The position numbers and the translations under genes are program-made. Positions 61,743 through 64,000 of a DNA stretch of 64,000 nucleotides are shown here, piece by piece (positions within the stretch are counted from its first letter, which is position 1; every line of letters starts with the position of its first letter). Source of the stretch: Lama glama (lineage: Eukaryota); the NCBI GenBank assembly GCA_028534125.1, contig CM052817.1:64358001-64422000 (forward strand), read 5' to 3'. The notes under the pieces were generated by a model. That model ran no database searches and had not been told where the DNA came from. It saw nothing but the letters and a program-made list of their open reading frames with translations.

Positions 61743-61866
61743 CGCCAATGGAGTGGAGAAAGTGCTTTGGTGAGAAGCCTCGCAGAATCTCCCCATAAGT
61801 ACTAGAAAGATCCACCACACGCTTGCTGACTCTCTCTCAAAGCTTTCATTGCGACAATGTAACGAT
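61743..61866 (-). CDS. Candidate internal exon of an unidentified gene (frame ambiguous)
   Basis: Acceptor 'atttttctttgttctattag|ATCG' at 61866; donor GCG|GTAAAC at 61743 or AAA|GTATTT at 61652; more GC/CpG-rich than the flanks. Confidence 0.35.
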
Positions 61867-62269
61867 CTAATAGAACAAAGAAAAATATAAATTGGATATG
61901 AAATCTGGACAATGGTTCAAAGCATCTGCAGATCCCTTAGTGAAAGGTAGTAAACAAGTATCATCCTGCTTTCCGATACGAAACCATTAAATAGCGCTAA
62001 CAGTGATACATTAACATATTATGCTTAAGTTTCACTTTTTAAATTGTGATGAATCTTTTGGAAACGTTTATATTTGTTGGTGATTTTTGTGATTCATACT
62101 CAACGTAAATAGTCCACAAATGACAAAAGTTTTAGAAACTTTTAAAAATGATGGTTAAGGCAAAATTAAGGCTTACAGGTCTAAGCTTTAACCAAGGCTT
62201 AACCAAGATTGCAAAGAGCTGAGAGGATGGCAGGCCTACAGCTTATCCCCCAAGAATCAACTCAGGTAT

Positions 62270-63280
62270 CATATTTTACAAACATTTGAATCCTGTCTGT
62301 GTGCCAGAGTTATAACAATGTACAAAAAGCAGCCCTTGTCTTTAAGAAACTTCAGAGAATCTGTGAAACCTCAGAGGTTTAAGCACTGCACTGCAGAAAA
62401 GTTAAGAAGCTCTAAAAAAATACCAGAGAACATCCACCAAGACCTAGAGGAATCAAATCAGACAACTGAGATCTGAAGGCTGAAGGGGTGGCAAAGGAGA
62501 GCGTTCATTCCTGGCTTCGGCAACATGATTTGCACAAATCTGGGAGGTGAGAAAGAGGACACTATCCTCAAAACTGCAGATATCTCAGCAGGGCAGAGCA
62601 CCTAACACGAAGAGACAACACTCTGATGAACCTGTTGTGTGACAGTGTAGACAGTGAAGGATATTAGCAGGAGAGTACGTGATTAGATTAGTGCTTTAGA
62701 AACAATGTAGTGTGGAAAATGAATTAGAGGGTGGCAGGAAAAGGCAAGACTTGTCAGGTGGCTGCAGAAGCAATGGGATGATTTAAGAGCAGTGATAGCT
62801 TATAAAATAAACAACAAGGTCTTACCATATAGTACAGGGAACTATATTCAATTTCTTGTAATAGCATATATTGGAAAAGAATCTGAAAAATACATGTATA
62901 TGTATAACTGAATCACTTTGCTGTATACCTGAAACTAACATTGTAAATCAACTATACTTCAATTAAATTCTTTTTTAAAGAGCAATGACAGCAATAATTA
63001 TGGAAACGCAAAGGAAGGGGGAACAGAGGATGAAAGTGAATTCTGACATTTGATTTGGGTCTTGAAGGAAGAGTAGGGGTTTACCAAGTAAGGAAGGGCA
63101 TTCAAGACACAGCAAAGACAAAGGAAACTAAAAAGAAAAAGACATATTCCTGGATATTCATATATAAATGAAATGAGATATGAAGAGAAAGACGGAGTGG
63201 GAACAGGTTGGGGTGCCACTTGGTTTTCTGAGCTGGGGAGTGTCATGCTCAGATCTCTATTTTAGAAAAATGAAAACAGG
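62270..63280 (-). mobile_element. L2 fragments
   Basis: 'aaacatttgaatcctgtctgtgtgccag', 'gggtcttgaaggaagagtagggg', 'ttctgagctggggagtgtcatgctcagatctctattttagaaaaat'. Confidence 0.55.
62800..62977 (+). mobile_element. Short L1 3' end
   Basis: 'acagggaactatattcaa...aacattgtaaatcaactatacttcaattaaa'; TSD aagagca(g/a)tga(t/c)agc at 62785-62799 and 62978-62992. Confidence 0.88.
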
Positions 63281-64000
63281 GCGCAGGAGAGATTTGAAGT
63301 TCAAGGAGATATCACCCTACCAAGCCCCTTTACAACAGCACAGCACCTCTGGATCGCCAGAGGAATTCCTTCAATCACAGGAGATCTGACCAGAACGAGG
63401 GCACGCTTAGATTTCCATAATGAAGTACTTTCAGGATTAGGGAGGGAAATATTCTTCAACATCAGCGACATCTATTCAAGGTGTCCCTCCTGTTTCTTTT
63501 CCTTTTCCTCACTGACTAATATGAATCAATCACCTGTCCTGCAGGCTACTTGGTGGAGGTAAACAGAGTGATGGGGAGAAGGTAAAAAACACCAGCTGAC
63601 TATGCTCCCCAGGCCAGAGTGTTTGACTGACTGACTGCAGGAGTGGAAATACCACTCCTGTCTATTCAAGAGGAGCCCTGGGAATACCTGTTCTTTGTAC
63701 AAGATGTGGTTTAAAAAAAAAAAAAAGAGTCATCATAGTAATGCAGGGCCAATTTCTTCACAAGGAGTGGGATGAACATGTCACAAAGGGCCATTGTGAG
63801 CAAAGTTTCCCTTAACTGGATGGCATAGCTAATTTGCAGCATCCTAGCAGCAAGTAAACTCCACTCCCACACAAACATCAGAAACTTAGTGAGAGGCTGT
63901 GAGCTCCTGACACAGGCTCAGATCTATGATTGGGTCCACAGAAAAGATGCCACAGGAAATGGTCCCTGGTCTCTGACAGCACAGCAGGGAATCCAGCAAA

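Noticed and set aside
61474..61773. 99-aa plus-strand ORF with a K/E/G-rich tract
   Set aside because: The low-complexity tract comes from a purine microsatellite, and splice signals here favour the minus strand.
63300..63475. Minus-strand open stretch (MSLMLKNISLPNPESTSLWKSKRALVLV...) as a further upstream exon
   Set aside because: No convincing polypyrimidine acceptor and no recognisable homology.
1..64000. CRISPR array, operon or prokaryotic defence-type system
   Set aside because: The sequence is mammalian and repeat-dominated, with no regularly spaced repeat-spacer array and no long or dense ORFs.

Overview
Repeat-rich mammalian genomic DNA, not prokaryotic. It is most likely camelid (camel/llama/alpaca), judged from six tRNA-Ala(AGC)-headed SINEs of the vic-1 type and artiodactyl-style L1 3' ends. 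Much of the window is transposon debris (L1, L2, CR1/L3, MIR, MaLR/ERVL/ERV1 solo LTRs, a few DNA transposons), plus one 500-N scaffold gap. Family names come from remembered consensus motifs, not a RepeatMasker run, and boundaries without a quoted TSD are approximate. One gene-derived sequence is clearly recognisable: a processed TOMM7 pseudogene (minus strand, ~23906-24310), which is decayed yet oddly CpG-rich. At 60.4-61.9 kb there are three exon-like segments on the minus strand with splice signals, a stop codon and AATAAA; they may be the 3' end of a gene I cannot identify. The other notable structures are insertion-history features: a 4.4 kb nested transposon stack whose target site occurs three times, a local duplication holding filled and empty versions of one SINE site, a 71-bp duplication around a chimeric L1, and an ancient CR1 fragment with ~80 open codons. 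I found no evidence for a new multi-gene biological system; almost all ORFs in the supplied track look like noise or repeat remnants.
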